Of a DNA stretch of 64,000 nt, positions 37,326 to 50,665 are shown one piece after another (the first letter of the stretch is position 1; each line of letters begins with the position of its first letter). The notes below the pieces were generated by a model. That model had not been told where the DNA came from and searched no databases. It worked only from the letters and a program-made list of their open reading frames with translations. A program made the position numbers and the translations under genes. This DNA comes from Lingula anatina. Its lineage: Eukaryota > Animalia > Brachiopoda. The stretch lies in the NCBI GenBank assembly GCA_051362555.1, contig CM120641.1, positions 10,230,001 through 10,294,000 of the forward strand. The letters are read 5' to 3'.

Positions 37326-40300
37326 TGCTGCAATCTCCATGTTTACAAATATGATATTTTTGGCCTTGTATACTTATCTTTAGAAAGGATTTTTGTGTTA
37401 TCTGTAACTGTTCAATGTATATTTTGTTTGATATTGAAAGAACAGTTGTATTCAAAACACTTGTTATTGTTGTCATTTATTTCACATCAACTTATAATGC
37501 ATAAAAGAAACCCTGAAGAAAGCAAAAAAAGTAGTGCTGATAACTATCAAAGAACAAAAAAAGTGGTGAGTATTTTGATTTCCTGAAGTGAGCACTGAAT
37601 TGATTGGTCATATCAACTTTCCAGACTTTGATGAATTGCCACTCCCATTATTTTCAACAAGTTGAGGCCACCAGAAAATGAACACTTTGTTTACCAACAT
37701 ATTAATTGATTTTTTTAATGCCGAACTTGACCGTCGGTATTGACTTCAACTATTAGCTTGCATGATCTTGGGTATAATTACCTATGGGGCTTTGAGTCAT
37801 AAAACAAAAACTCTATCGTTTTTTGTAAGCTTTAAAATTCCATATCATTATATCAATCTGGAAAAGCTACTTAAAGAAAAGGAATTTTGCTCCAACAGTT
37901 TTCGACCCTAAGTTTGATAATGGTGTAAAGTTAGATGTAGTTCTGTGTTGTGTTTAAAAATAAAGAAATGTCTATTTCTTATTTGGTTTAACTTTTGGTG
38001 TAGCTGCCAAGTACAGAGATGACCCACCATGTTGATTTGAATTCTTCACTGTGTTCATAACTTCATGGCCTCATTTAGTTATTGTTTCACCCTCTTATTT
38101 CTTAAATAACACAAAGCTAACAATTCAAGCATAGTTGGATTTTATAAAAAAAAAAAAAAAGAATTATGTGGACAACACTTTTACCCTATGTATTGTTCCT
38201 GGCATGTGGACAGTTTAAGAAGTTCCTTCATTTTATGCACTTTATTGATCTTTTTCTTCAGGTCACTAACTAGAGGGAACACATGCCTCTTCCCATTATT
38301 CAAATATTATTATCATTATGATATTTTCTGTCAAGCATATATGCTACGTGCTACTGTTTTTCTGCTCATTACTTTAGAATGGTGTGGTGAAGCATATCAG
38401 ATATGGTGGAAAATGAGAAATTAATGTGTGTAGTGCATGCTTGTTTTTCAATGCGTTGATGGGATTTTATGAAAGCAAGTTGCCGTGATATGTGGGTAGC
38501 TTAAAATTGTATGTTGCATGAAATGGTTTGTCATTATTGATTGAAAATCTATAAAAAGATAAGTTAGAAAAGGTTAACCTTTTTTATGTACAGTTACGGG
38601 GGGGGGGGGGGCACATGACTTTTCTAGAACTGTGGTTAAATTTGATGTAGAACACAATTTCTCAGAAGTGTAAACCTACAATGAGGTCTTGGATTATTAA
38701 AATTCAGAAAGGACACAAAAATCTTTTTATTTACAGACACTGTATTTCTCTGTATTCATTTTGATAACTGTTTCTGTCCATGATAAATGGAGCACGCAAG
38801 GAATGACTTTTGTCCATTGTCTGTATATTTGCAAGCTTTGCTGTCTAGTTTATGTTGAAATAGTCATTAACATACAGTCAAATATATATTTTCCTTGGTT
38901 TTAAGGATCAAGAATTGCACATTTGAGAAAAGCAACCTGGTAGTAACTGCTGGACCTTGTAAGATTGTTCAGCATTTTACAACTGAATAATATTAGAATG
39001 CTCACATGTAATGTCAAGGCTCAAAATTGTGGAACTGAGAAAGTTGCACATAAACCACTAACTAATGTATGGTAAACCACATGTAATCTATGTTGTAAAT
39101 TAAAATTTGTGAAACAGCCAAAGGTTATTCAATCCATTTACTGACAGTTGTTCTATTTATGAGTCCCTATTTCGCCACACAGAAAAATTATTGAACAAAG
39201 CAATCAATTTTTTATCTACAATTACTTTCCCTCATTTTCACATTGTGTGAAATTTATAAATGACACTTCCTTCTGGGTAGAGACTGATTATATAACAATA
39301 ACACTTACTGATTGGTCATTCCCTTGGTCATAAAGCCTTATGCCAACAGCTTTTTCTTAATCAAGTCAACTAATGTTTTAAGAATGAAAATGAAATAAAA
39401 TGTATCTGTGAGGAACTAATTTCCTTCTAGAAGAAGAAAAATGAAGTCTGCTCTTAGGCTGATTATCACCGTCTTGATCAATAGATTTAACTCGTGTACA
39501 GACAAATGTTTCAAAAGATGTGGAAACAGATAAAATATAAATCAAAATGTTACATTAATGTGGAGTCTGTATAGCCTCTACCAGGGTTGCAGATTATATA
39601 GGGAAAAATGGAAAAAACCATTTATCTAAAGACATATCTGTGAATATCTTGTGAAAAATCAATCTGTGGCCCTGGTTAAGGGTGGAGTCTGTACAGATTT
39701 AGGGATAACAAAGAGACAACACTACACCTCAGACATTTTAAATACTTTTTGCATTCAATTGGTTGCCAGGTTACACATTTGGTCTAAACATTAGGATGAA
39801 AAATTTGGTCTTCTTCAGTTAAAGATGAAATCATAGTTGTGCAGCACATGTAATTTTTGATCTGAGCCATTATCTTTTGAAAAAAAAAAAAAGAATGAGT
39901 GCAATATTCCATTTAATTGGACTATTTCTGATATATGTCAAGTCAAAGTAGACTGAAAATTTGGCATAAGCTTTTATAAATACTTTTGCACTAGAATTCT
40001 TTTGTGTAACCCTGAAACCCCTGCCCAACCTCTCTTCAAGCAAAGTTTTTTGGGTTTTTTTTTTTCTAAAATTTAAGCTTAGTAAGACTCAGTCATGTAT
40101 CAGTCTATTTACTTATCTGAAAGTGACTAACTGTTCCACCTAAACTTGACAACTTTTGCTTAATCCACACTGTTGTAGTGATAGGTGTCTACACATTATT
40201 ATACTCTGGCAGTTTTTATTTTGAAAAAGCAAATAAAAAATACAATCTGTAATACTTTATACAATCTGTAATACTATATACTATTTAAATGCTTGGTCTA

Positions 40301-40698
40301 GAATATTGTTGTGTTAAGAAACTCTTGACCTTTTGTTGTGTCATTTACAGCTTTGAACCAAATTGCGCTCTATCTGTGTATTATGCTTGATTGAATGTCG
40401 CAATTGTCAGTCAAGGCAACCCTTTCTCTGCAACATGTTTCAAGACCTAGATATTTACACTGAGAAGCTAATGGTTATTTTATTGTATGCTAATGTCTCT
40501 GCATTACTCTTTTTAGACTGTTTTAATTATTCTGTAATAGTGTAGTTTAATTCCCAAGACTTTTCAAGTTCACAGATTTTCTCAAAGATAAATTAGATTA
40601 TCACCTTTGTTGGTGCATTCGGTTAGTCATGCAAGGCAGGCTGTGATTCTCGTATGTTAATATAGCGAACTATATCCTAAAGAAAGAGTGTAGTCCTA

Positions 40699-40872
40699 GG
40701 CCGTATTCAGAATAGGGACTAACAAGTCTGAGGGTCAAATATGGTGACAAACTACAAAGCTTGCTGTCTAATCCGCTAATAGACACTGAATAGATATCTC
40801 TTGGGAAAGTATTCAAGTGGGTTGGCCATATTTGACCCTCGGACAAGTTAGTCCCCTATTCTTAATGGGGTG
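40699..40872. mobile_element. Small MITE with about 45-bp TIRs (Harbinger-like, distinct family)
   Basis: AGAATAGGGACTAACAAGTCTGAGGGTCAAATATGG is inverted to CCATATTTGACCCTCGGACAAGTTAGTCCCCTATTCT. Flanks CTA/TTA. Confidence 0.72.
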
Positions 40873-41096
40873 TTAAATTTGGGCTAGTGAACAGTTCTCA
40901 AATCTATGCTGCATGCATATGCCTTTTGTCAAAAGAATAATTAATGCACTAATACCCAAATACAAGAATTTGTATTTTTTTTTTTTACCTTAGCATGTAT
41001 TCAGATAAAGTAAAGTTCACCAAATTCTGAAAAATGTTAAATTAACGTCAATGTACATGTGGATGGTAATGGGCAGAGCTCAGCATTGCTCCTTCC

Positions 41097-41099
<3 letters not shown>

Positions 41100-41136
<37 letters not shown>
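41100..41136. repeat. (CT)n microsatellite
   Basis: Direct reading. Confidence 0.95.
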
Positions 41137-41139
<3 letters not shown>

Positions 41140-41876
41140 GTTGGACTTACATGTCATCTGTTGTATCGCGGGTTCTAATCATGTCACTCAGGTGGGCTCA
41201 TTGGGTAACTTAATTCCACGATGTCTGACCAGTTCATTACCCCATTTCTTTTATCGATTTTTTAATCACAAGCTTATCATTCATAGCTGAAAAGGCAACT
41301 TTTGACTGAGGTCTTAGAGATCTGTGCCATTTCTCTTGTTCTCAGTTCAGGGTAATGGGATTGGAAGGAAGTAATGTGTTTTCATCCATTCATTCTTATC
41401 ATAGGATTACAGAAGGTTATTGCAATTTTATGGTGGAAGTCTTTTCTAAAGATATCATGATTACTGACAGATGATAATTACTTAGGTTGAAAAAGCAGTG
41501 TATTAATTCTTCATGCCCTTTGGCTAATGATGCTTTCTCTTATGAGTAATGGGTGCATAAGTGCTGGTTTGGTTTGCTGCCTTATGTAATGTGTTTTATT
41601 TCCCCAAATGTTGTTCTTCACTTTTACCAGAAATTCCACTATTACTGGCAAAAGAGAACCCAAACCTACCTCTTGGCATCATAAATATTTATCTATTATG
41701 ACATATGCTCCATCAAACAACTCACTTTTCACAACAAATTATGGAATGAATGGGCTGTGTTAAGTTTGTGAGAAAGTCAGGCGGCATGAGCAGTGTTTGA
41801 AGATATGATTTTTATTTAAATTCAGTTTGGTTTTTTGCCAAAGCTTTTAAAAGTTCTGCAGAGGAATTGGAGAATA

Positions 41877-41931
<55 letters not shown>
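41877..41931. repeat. (ATT)n microsatellite
   Basis: Direct reading. Confidence 0.96.
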
Positions 41932-43748
41932 GTCTGAGGTTGGGGTGGGGTGGGGGGTTATCTCCTTGTTTTCACTGAGGATCAAAGATGCTTGAATTGC
42001 AGAAAAATCCAAGTAATTTTCCTGCTATGACATAAAATGAAAACAATGGATGTAAGATTGCCCAGAAATAACCCTTTTATGCAATTTTTGTGTTTTATTT
42101 TAATGCATCTTTACTCTACATGCTTTTCCTTTGTCTGCTATTCCATTTTCCTTACTATTTCACAAAAATGTTAACTCTTTTATATCTTCCTTCACTTAAT
42201 TTCCACCTTATGGTTGACGTGTCCAATTCTAAGACTAATTTCAGATTATCAGATTTAACTTAGTGAATCTCTAGTATATTAATTGATAGTACAATGTTTG
42301 CAAAGGCACATGCCAGATAATTTGAAGGGAAAAAGTGCATGTTCATATTTAAGTCTAGGGGTTTATCAAGGTAATGCAGGCTTAAAATGTTTTTGATGTT
42401 GGCAACCAAATTGCATAAACATCTTAATTTAACTATAATGAAGTAGAAACCTTCAGAAATTAATCTACATAAACAGTTAAATCTGTGACTTTCAGTCTTC
42501 AGACTGCCCTTCTGTTGTGAACTTAAAGGTCTTCTGAAACTAATGCACCTTTATTTTTAAGTGTCAATGTATTGTTGGTTTTTATAAAAAAATATTTTTA
42601 AAAAAATGCCTAGTTTTGTAAGTTGCAAATCAAAGGGCAGATTTGATTATATTTAGAACTTTTCAAATTAAATTGAAAACTGCTCCAATAATCTTCATTT
42701 CATTTCATTTCAAAGTAAGGCTTTTTTACTAAAACATTGCAGATAGGTGTTTAAGTAATATTTGCATATTATGAAACTGCCTTTTTATTTAAAATCCCTT
42801 ACAGCATATAACATATGGATGTTAGTTAACTTTATACTGCCGTGTTATTAGAAATCAATTATGATGAGGTTTTAACATAAGGATCAGTCATGGTGTGATA
42901 TGAAATCAATAGGTATTTAGTCAAGAGGGGATTGCTTGGCACTGTAGACTATTCAGAAGGCTAGACAACCCAGTAGGATAATCCACCCCACGGTTATGAT
43001 AAATGTTAATCTGGAAATTTAACCTTCAGATGGCATATGATACTTTGTAAGGTTATGCCCTAACAGCACAATTGAACTACACTTGAGAAGCAAAAACAGG
43101 GAGGCTGTTGTAATAACACAAATGATTTGACATCAGTCCGTGTTTTGCTAGGTGTATGTCTAAACGTCTAATTTGGGGCCCAATTAGCAAGAGAGTTTCG
43201 TGGACAACCTGGCAATGAATTGGAATATATATATAAATATATTGTTTCTTATAAACATTAGAAAATAGTCATTTTCTTATACCACCTTCTTTTTCCCTTA
43301 ATTCATTTGCCACTGGGTGTTTGTATACATTTGTCATTAGGTGGATCATTAAACATCCTCTTCACCAGTGCCTTGCTGATGTTACACTGCTAGGCAGGTA
43401 ATGTTACTCGACACATTTTTCTTGTCTACTACTTAACAGAACTTCCTTGGGAAATGAAGGATGAATGATGAACGGACCAGCAGGCCTGAGTGGAGTACTG
43501 TTATCTTGAATAACTTTAATTAAAGTGACATGATATGATTGTACATTTTTCTTTTTATTTTTTTGCTGGTGTTTTAGTTGTTATGTCAAAATATTCTTTT
43601 TAGCAATATGCAATATATGTCTCATTCATGCACAGATAATTGCATGCACACACTTTCATATGCATACAAATGTATGCATGTTTATGCAAATATAAAAGAA
43701 CAATGCCTGACAATCAAAAGTGTAATTCTTGCACATTCTATGTTTAAA

Positions 43749-45665
43749 TGAACTTATATATAGAAGTGAAGAGATAAATTTGGTCAAAAAAGGTCAGAGC
43801 GAAATTATTGCACATAAAAAATATATCATATGTTTTGCTGTAACAGCTGATGATTGAATATTTATCCCCTTTATTATTTAGCCTTATTTTACAACTTCTG
43901 TAGAATGATTTAGAATTCAGCTGTTGTGAATATGGACTCATTATCCTACGTTTACTCTCACTTGCTAAGACAACTGCTTCTGCTGAAGTCTTTGAGACCG
44001 ATATACACGCATATATTTCCAATTATCCACCAACATTTTTCCTCATTAAACAGATGTCTTGACAAATTGCATCATTGTATTTTCTCTTAGACTAAGTTTG
44101 TGAACCATAAACCTTAACTTAAACTGCTGAATATGTTGTCTTAGTGTATTTTTTAATTAGTTATAATTTAAAAGCAAGTAATGCTACTGTCATGAACAAA
44201 ATTTTGTCTGTTTCCTAGACTCTGAATGCCCAGTCAAGTTGCATGTGATAATAAATGCTATAAATGCTGACTTTTTAACGGCTACGCCTATCTTCATACC
44301 TATTGGTAAAATTACGAGTATTTCTTATCATATTTTTTATCATATTTTTAGTTTTTTTTAATACAGGCCATGATATATGGCTTAATATAAAGTATCAGGT
44401 TGTTCTTACATGATCAACTAATAAAACTGACATGATTGACAGACAAGCAGGCAGATTGGATGATAGAGTAATTAAAGTTCAACAGGTAGGTAATATTGAG
44501 ATGTAAAATATTTAAAACCATTAGCTTTGCCTTATCATTAGTTGACTCTTAGACTCCAAGGTTGAATAGAGAGAGTAAGGGTTAAATTAAAACATTCATA
44601 TTTGCCACAAACAAACTTATCATCAAGTATGTACATTCAGAATTGCAAGAATTAATTGATTCAAGTACCTGAAAGCTTTGACTTGAAATGATTGAAAAAT
44701 CTATACAGCAAATGAAGTGCAGGTTAAATTGGCAGTGAAGCAGACGATTGAGTGACAACAGGTTGATTATCAAGTAAATCTTTGTCATAAACACAATTTT
44801 CCTCTTATTCTCATATAACCATTATGCTCAAGTTTGGTTCACCAGCTAACATGCCAACAGTCATTCATCATTTTGTCAAATGCAACTGTGCAACTAGTAA
44901 CAAGGTTCTTACATTGTTGTTGTTGTTTTTTTTTTTTTTTTTTTTACAGAAACTATGCTCGGCAGTTTGTTATATTAAATTAGTAAACCATTGTCAATAA
45001 TCTGATTTTGTGGACCAATACTTGGTGTACACCTGCATTTATCTGCTGTATTGGAATGATTTTGTCACAATACAGTATTCATGTAAACTACAACCTGTGT
45101 TATTTCTTCCATTTTTTTCATATTTTTGTCTCTAATTGAACTAATATGTAGTAGTAAGGAGATAAATTTGATCAAAAAAGCAAATCATTGTACATAAAAT
45201 ATATCATATGATTTGCTGTAGCAGCTGATGATTGAATATTTATCTCCTTTATTATTTAGCTTTATTTTACAACTTCTGTAGATTTAGAATTCAGCTGTGA
45301 ATATGAACTAATTATCGTAAGTTTAATGTCATTTGCTAAGACAACTGCTTTTGCTGAAGTTTTTGAGACTGATATGTGCACAGGATATATATGTAATTCC
45401 AGTTACCCATCACCATCTTTCCTCATTAAACAGATGTCTTGTCATGTTGCATCAGTGTTTTTTCTCTTAGACTGAGTTTGTAAACCATAAACATTAACTT
45501 AAACTGCTGAATATGTTGTCTAAATGATTACATTAGTGATCTGATTTTTGTGGACCAATACTTGGTGTGCACCTGTATTTAGCTACTATATTGGAATGGT
45601 TTTGTCACAGTACAGAATCGCTAAAACCACAACCTGTGTTATTTGCTCCATTTTTTTCATATTTT
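43749..45665 (+). repeat. Interrupted local tandem duplication (A-x-B-A-B)
   Basis: Block A (43749-44141) resembles 45137-45521. Block B (45000-45126) resembles 45539-45665. Clearly alignable by eye with scattered substitutions and indels. Confidence 0.88.
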
Positions 45666-46607
45666 AAAGTTGCATTTGCAGTACATTCCTAAAGAGAAGT
45701 TTTATTAAATTCTAAATCATATGTTTGTAATATAGCATGTTATCTATAATATAGATGAAGAGTTTTTGAACAATGTCAAACTCATAATAAGGCAGCCTCA
45801 TATTTTAATATCTAGGTATTTGAGTCTGTAAGTTTCCAATTGGTATCTTGTCTTGGCAGATTGCCAATCTGTCTGGATTTGAATCTTGACATGCACATTA
45901 GTGTTTGTCAGTCATAAAGTGAACTTCCAGAGCACACTTTAAACTTTTCAGCCCACCTTACTAGTAGGATGCAAAAACTAACGATCTGAATCAGACTTGG
46001 CTTGCCAGAAGATGAAATCTATAGATAATGGAAAATACAATAAAACAGCTGGTAAAAGACAAATCTGGTGTAAGATTTACTTGTCTGCTGCCTCAGACTG
46101 CCAGCAAATGTCACACTGCACTTTTTAAAGATGATACACTATGTACTTCACACAAAATTTAAAAAAATGGAACATTTTTTGTGTCTCCTAAAGATCAAAG
46201 TTGGTTTCCTATTGAAGGCTTATAATTTTTTACAACATTTAGATTTAGTAATTGAACATGGATGCTTAATGTTTGTCTTCAAAAACTAAAGAACAGTCCA
46301 CATTTTTTTTTATTTCGTAAGCGAGTGTCACCATGCAGGCAGATCCTCCTGCTTTCCATCATCTTGTTCTGAGTCTTTTAACTACATGAAAGGCCCTACA
46401 ATTCATTTGTATTTCAGAATAGAAGTCCTTAAAAGAAACTCATATGATAAACTTAATAAAACTAAACAGTTGAACAGATTATGATCAAAGAGAATTAGTG
46501 AATCAAAATTGGGTAATCTTGTAAATAAAGTACATATTATTTTTTTCCAATCTGTATCCGCTGGTGTCTGACCTCTGTATAAAGTTTGAAATCTCCCCAA
46601 TATCTTA

Positions 46608-46860
46608 GAGACCATTCTCAAACTATCGTACTAACTGGATAAATCTAACTCAGAGGGGAATCTTGCTAAATTGCAATCAACTTAAGCAGCTTAGATGTCT
46701 GTTAGGCCTACAGAAGCTGCTAGGGGGTAATTAATTATCGTTTAGCAGCTTCAGTAGGTGTGCTAGACATCGAAGCGGCTTAAGCTGAAAGCAATTTAGC
46801 GAGACACCTTTTAGAGAGGGATCGATCCTGTTAGATCAGTCTAGGTATGGGAACCCAGTC
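46608..46860. mobile_element. Hairpin MITE, copy E
   Basis: TTA|GAGACCATTCTCA ... TGGGAACCCAGTC|TTA. Arms GAAGCTGCTA / TAGCAGCTTC around GGGGGTAATTAATTA. Confidence 0.8.
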
Positions 46861-48079
46861 TTAGTTTGAGCCAAGCCAAGCTAGGTAATTTCACAGAATA
46901 GATTAATTATGTCAGTTATTTTGTAGTCTATTTCAGGCATTCTTTGCTGAATATTTTCTTGTCTTTATATATTGCTTACTTTTGTCTGTCCATATGTCAC
47001 CATAGCTTTCATTATAGCTGGCACTATTCAGCACAGTTGTTAACAGCATAACTGCCAAATAGTATTTCTTGTTATTATGGAATTTTATTTGATAAAAAAA
47101 GCCAGGCTGAGTTTGAAAATCAAAATGATCAGATTATTTTAATGAGTGTTATTAGATTTTTTGTGTGTTTTGTGTGTAGTTTTGAGGTAATGAAGTTTGG
47201 ATGGAAATGCTGTTAGACTAAGGAGATCTTTCAAGAATCTTTGCACTGTTAGCGTGTGGTTTTACAAACTTGTTATAATGTCACATGTATTCGTTGTTGA
47301 GCAGTGGTTATTGTATGATTCCATTACCATACTAAAAAGAGAAAGCATCCTTAAAATAAATCATATTCTATGCAGTTTTGTCATGATAAAGATTTTTTTC
47401 TGTTCAAGTGACATATTACACCTGTAAGAATATCCAGTACTACATAAGGCTCTTATATAAAACAAGCTAGCTATGCTTTTACTGTCATTGTGCTGTCTTT
47501 TAGGCCTCTCATGTTAAAAACCTGAAACTGCTAATGCTATATTGGATGAAGGCCCTTTTCACATCAAACAGTACACTTGCCAAGACTGTCCACTTTGAGA
47601 TTGGCAACTACATTTATAGCCTGGTTTTTATGTAAGAGAATCCACCTTAACTAAGTTTTTCATTAATTTTTCAATTTTCATTCATTGACATTTAAATGTG
47701 TGATTTTGAACTCCTATGACTATGAAGCCCTGTGTTTGGTACTTTTTTATTTATGTCCACAGTAACAGTATTGCATACTCTAAAATTGGTGGTGATTATA
47801 TTGCATCGAAAATGACCAAAATAAATTTGCCCACTGTCACCATTAAAAGGAAAAGCATTTTTAACTCATTTTTCTCAAACTTACAGGAATGATTAATAGG
47901 ACTATACACAATTTTAAAAAGTTCAAAAACTAGCCTGATTGGATCATTTTTATGTACAAACACTGTAAGTGTCTGTATATATTCTGATTAGTCTGTCCAC
48001 GTGGTCACTGTCACTGTCGATGTTGCTGTGGCTGTCCAATAACTATATAACTTGCAAACTATTTTTGTTTTACTTTAAA

Positions 48080-48316
48080 TTTACTGAGTGGCTTTGTTTG
48101 GTAAAGAGGCAGGTTGCTTTTTTAAAATCAGCATGATTGGTTTACATTTACAGTAATTATTCTGTTTTTTGCACAATTTGATGACCTTCCCCCATAACTG
48201 CCAAACCATATTTTGGTTTACTCTACATTTATTGAGTGGCTTTGTTTGGTAAAGAGGCAAGTTGCTTTCAAAAATCAGCATTATTAGTTTACATGTACAG
48301 TAATTATTCTTTTTTT
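48080..48316 (+). repeat. Direct duplication of about 88 bp
   Basis: TGAGTGGCTTTGTTTGGTAAAGAGGCA..TTGCTTT..AAAATCAGCAT..TACAGTAATTATTCT occurs at about 48085 and 48233. Confidence 0.88.
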
Positions 48317-48324
48317 TTTGTTTC

Positions 48325-48350
48325 TTTGTTTGTTTGTTTGTTTGTTTGTT

Positions 48351-48404
<54 letters not shown>
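48325..48404. repeat. Compound (TTTG)n(TG)n microsatellite
   Basis: Direct reading. Confidence 0.96.
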
Positions 48405-48407
<3 letters not shown>

Positions 48408-50564
48408 TTTTCATTTTTTACACATTAGCATTCTCATTGGCTTTTATATCATATGGAATTAAATCACTTTCTGGTTTTTCAATATCCATGTTACCTGTAG
48501 TTCATAATGTAAGAAGGTAAGAGTGATTATGCTATGTTAAAGCATTATGTAACAGTGCATCAAAATTGTCCAAAACATTATTTTGTGCACATTTTTTCTG
48601 TGTAATGTCTGGACATTTGAGAGCTTTGCTGCCTTGTTTCCTGTATGGTGTCAGTATATTTGTCAGCTTTGCTGTCTAGTTATGAGTTTTTTGTGATTTG
48701 TGAGTTTTTTATTTTTCAATGATCTGAAACACATGTTGATCTCTTTTTCATACTCATGATTTGGTAAGGTTAATATTTTATGCATATAACAAACAGCTGT
48801 TCTTAACTCAGTGAAAAAATAAATAGCTTTGAAATGCTGAATCACTTAACAAGTAAAGTAAAACAGTGTTTCTTTTCCTTGATTATATATTAATTTTAAT
48901 TAAAATTAAAATTTGTTTATTTATTTTTTATGATTGAAGTATAGAGATATTCTCCTCCAGTTAAATGACACAGGTGGATCCTGGCACTACCAACTACAGT
49001 AGTATATAACCCTGAGAATCATGTTCCAATAGCATTATGTGTGCATATCTACACCAGGGTGAAGTTACAAAGATTGCTTCTGCAGTTTCATATTTTATTT
49101 CTGCATATTTTTCAGTTTTGGTGTCTAGATGTGTCTGAATAATATGCTATTTTTGAAATATTTGGATAAAATTAATTAAGATTTCTTTATCTATTTAAGT
49201 TGCTTAAAAAAGAGGATAATTTAAGATAAAGCAAAGATTTTGATGATAGGTAGTAAAAGCAATGAATTTGATTTTGGCTGGTTGAAATCCAAAAAGTGAT
49301 TTAGAAAAAGGAAATCAATTTTATGTATTGTTTGATTTTAGGTTCAAGTTGACATTTGGCATCAAGAGAAAAGTGTCAAATACGCCATCAGAATTTTTAT
49401 TCTGTAAATTTCACACCTGCACCTTTTTGTTCAACTAACAAATTAATTGCTAAGTTTCAAAATTTTGACACTTAAAGTGGGTCTATTCTCTCATATAATT
49501 TTGATTTCTTTTGGAAGATCAATTTGACTGCAATCTAAGGTCTACTAGTATGTTAATGTCTATCATAGTTATACTTCCTTTTATCTCTTCCATTTAATTT
49601 TTTTAGTTGACTACTTGCATTGCCTTTATTCTCAGGTTCAGTAGGATTGCAGTCTTTGAAAAGAGTATTGAAAGTATCTAACAAGCCTTTGAGACATTAG
49701 CATAGCCTATTTGAAAAGGAAATACCAAGGTTTGAAAAAAACACAGTGAGCTGTCACTTTCAGCATTAGGTAGTAACATACCTGTGAATAGTGTAGCCTG
49801 TGGAACTCTGGAGTGACTGTTGCTACAAATAGGTAGTTTCTAGCAAATGTTTGTTTTAACTTGATGGCATTTCTCAAGTGAAACTGCAGTTCAAGTTTAC
49901 TAAACAAAACACAGATAATGGAAAACAGACATCTGACCAGGAGTAAAGGTACCTTTTATTATGGAGAATGTATCAAGAAGACTGTACTTGGCAGATAAAA
50001 CTCTCTATTAAAATAGGTTTTTTATAATGATCTGTGATCTGTGGTGTCGTCCTCTTCCCAGATATCTTTTAAATGCATTACATACTGATACCTTCTCTAT
50101 CGTTTGAACATGTTTTTCATTTTTACCTACAGATCATTTAATTAAAATCAATGAAGTAGCATTTTATGTTGCCCAGTTCTAAGTAGGAAAAGGCATACAA
50201 TGTCAGTAAAAAGAGCCTAGTAGCTGTTTGTGCTTTGTGATGCCACAGGAGTATGTTTGTTTATCATGCTAGTTGCCTGAGGATAGTGACACCAGATTTG
50301 GGTCCATTAAGGTGCCAATTGGTGGATCCTTTAAATCACAATCTTTAGTATTATTGGAATGGAGCATTTCTTTCAGGCATCTCTGGTCTGGTTTCATTGC
50401 TTTAGATGGGATTTTTTTCTTTCATATTTACAGCACATGAACTGTACATATGGAATAGATTTGCACACAGAAGAATTAGGGTAATCAGCTTTCTAATAAT
50501 CAAAATAGAATAAAATATGTGTTCAAAAATGGTAATATTTCTGTCATTTTTTTTTTCTTTTTAG

Positions 50565-50665
50565 GCACATGGCCTACAGGTACCAGAGAAATTGCTCCCA
50601 TACCTTGACGAAATTGATAAAATGGCCACACTATCAGCCAAGCAAGCCCTCTGTGGAACACCTCA
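50565..50665 (+). CDS. ACP6: ACP6-like coding exon 7
   Basis: tttag|AHGLQVPEKLLPYLDEIDKMATLSAKQALCGTP..|gtaaga. 101 nt, phase 0-2. Confidence 0.88.

Larger units (their letters stand above)
7764..50564 (+). other. 42.8-kb intron 6 of the ACP6-like gene, hosting the GPCR
   Basis: gtaagt donor at 7764 and long polypyrimidine acceptor ...ttctttttag ending at 50564. The junction DDLVARI|AHGL aligns without a gap to the ACP6 'DNVAAEQ-AHNL' segment. Confidence 0.85.

Noticed and set aside
7102-48520. ORFs with ER-, K-, N-, VC- or YI-repeat peptides
   Set aside because: They are translations of microsatellites and homopolymer runs.
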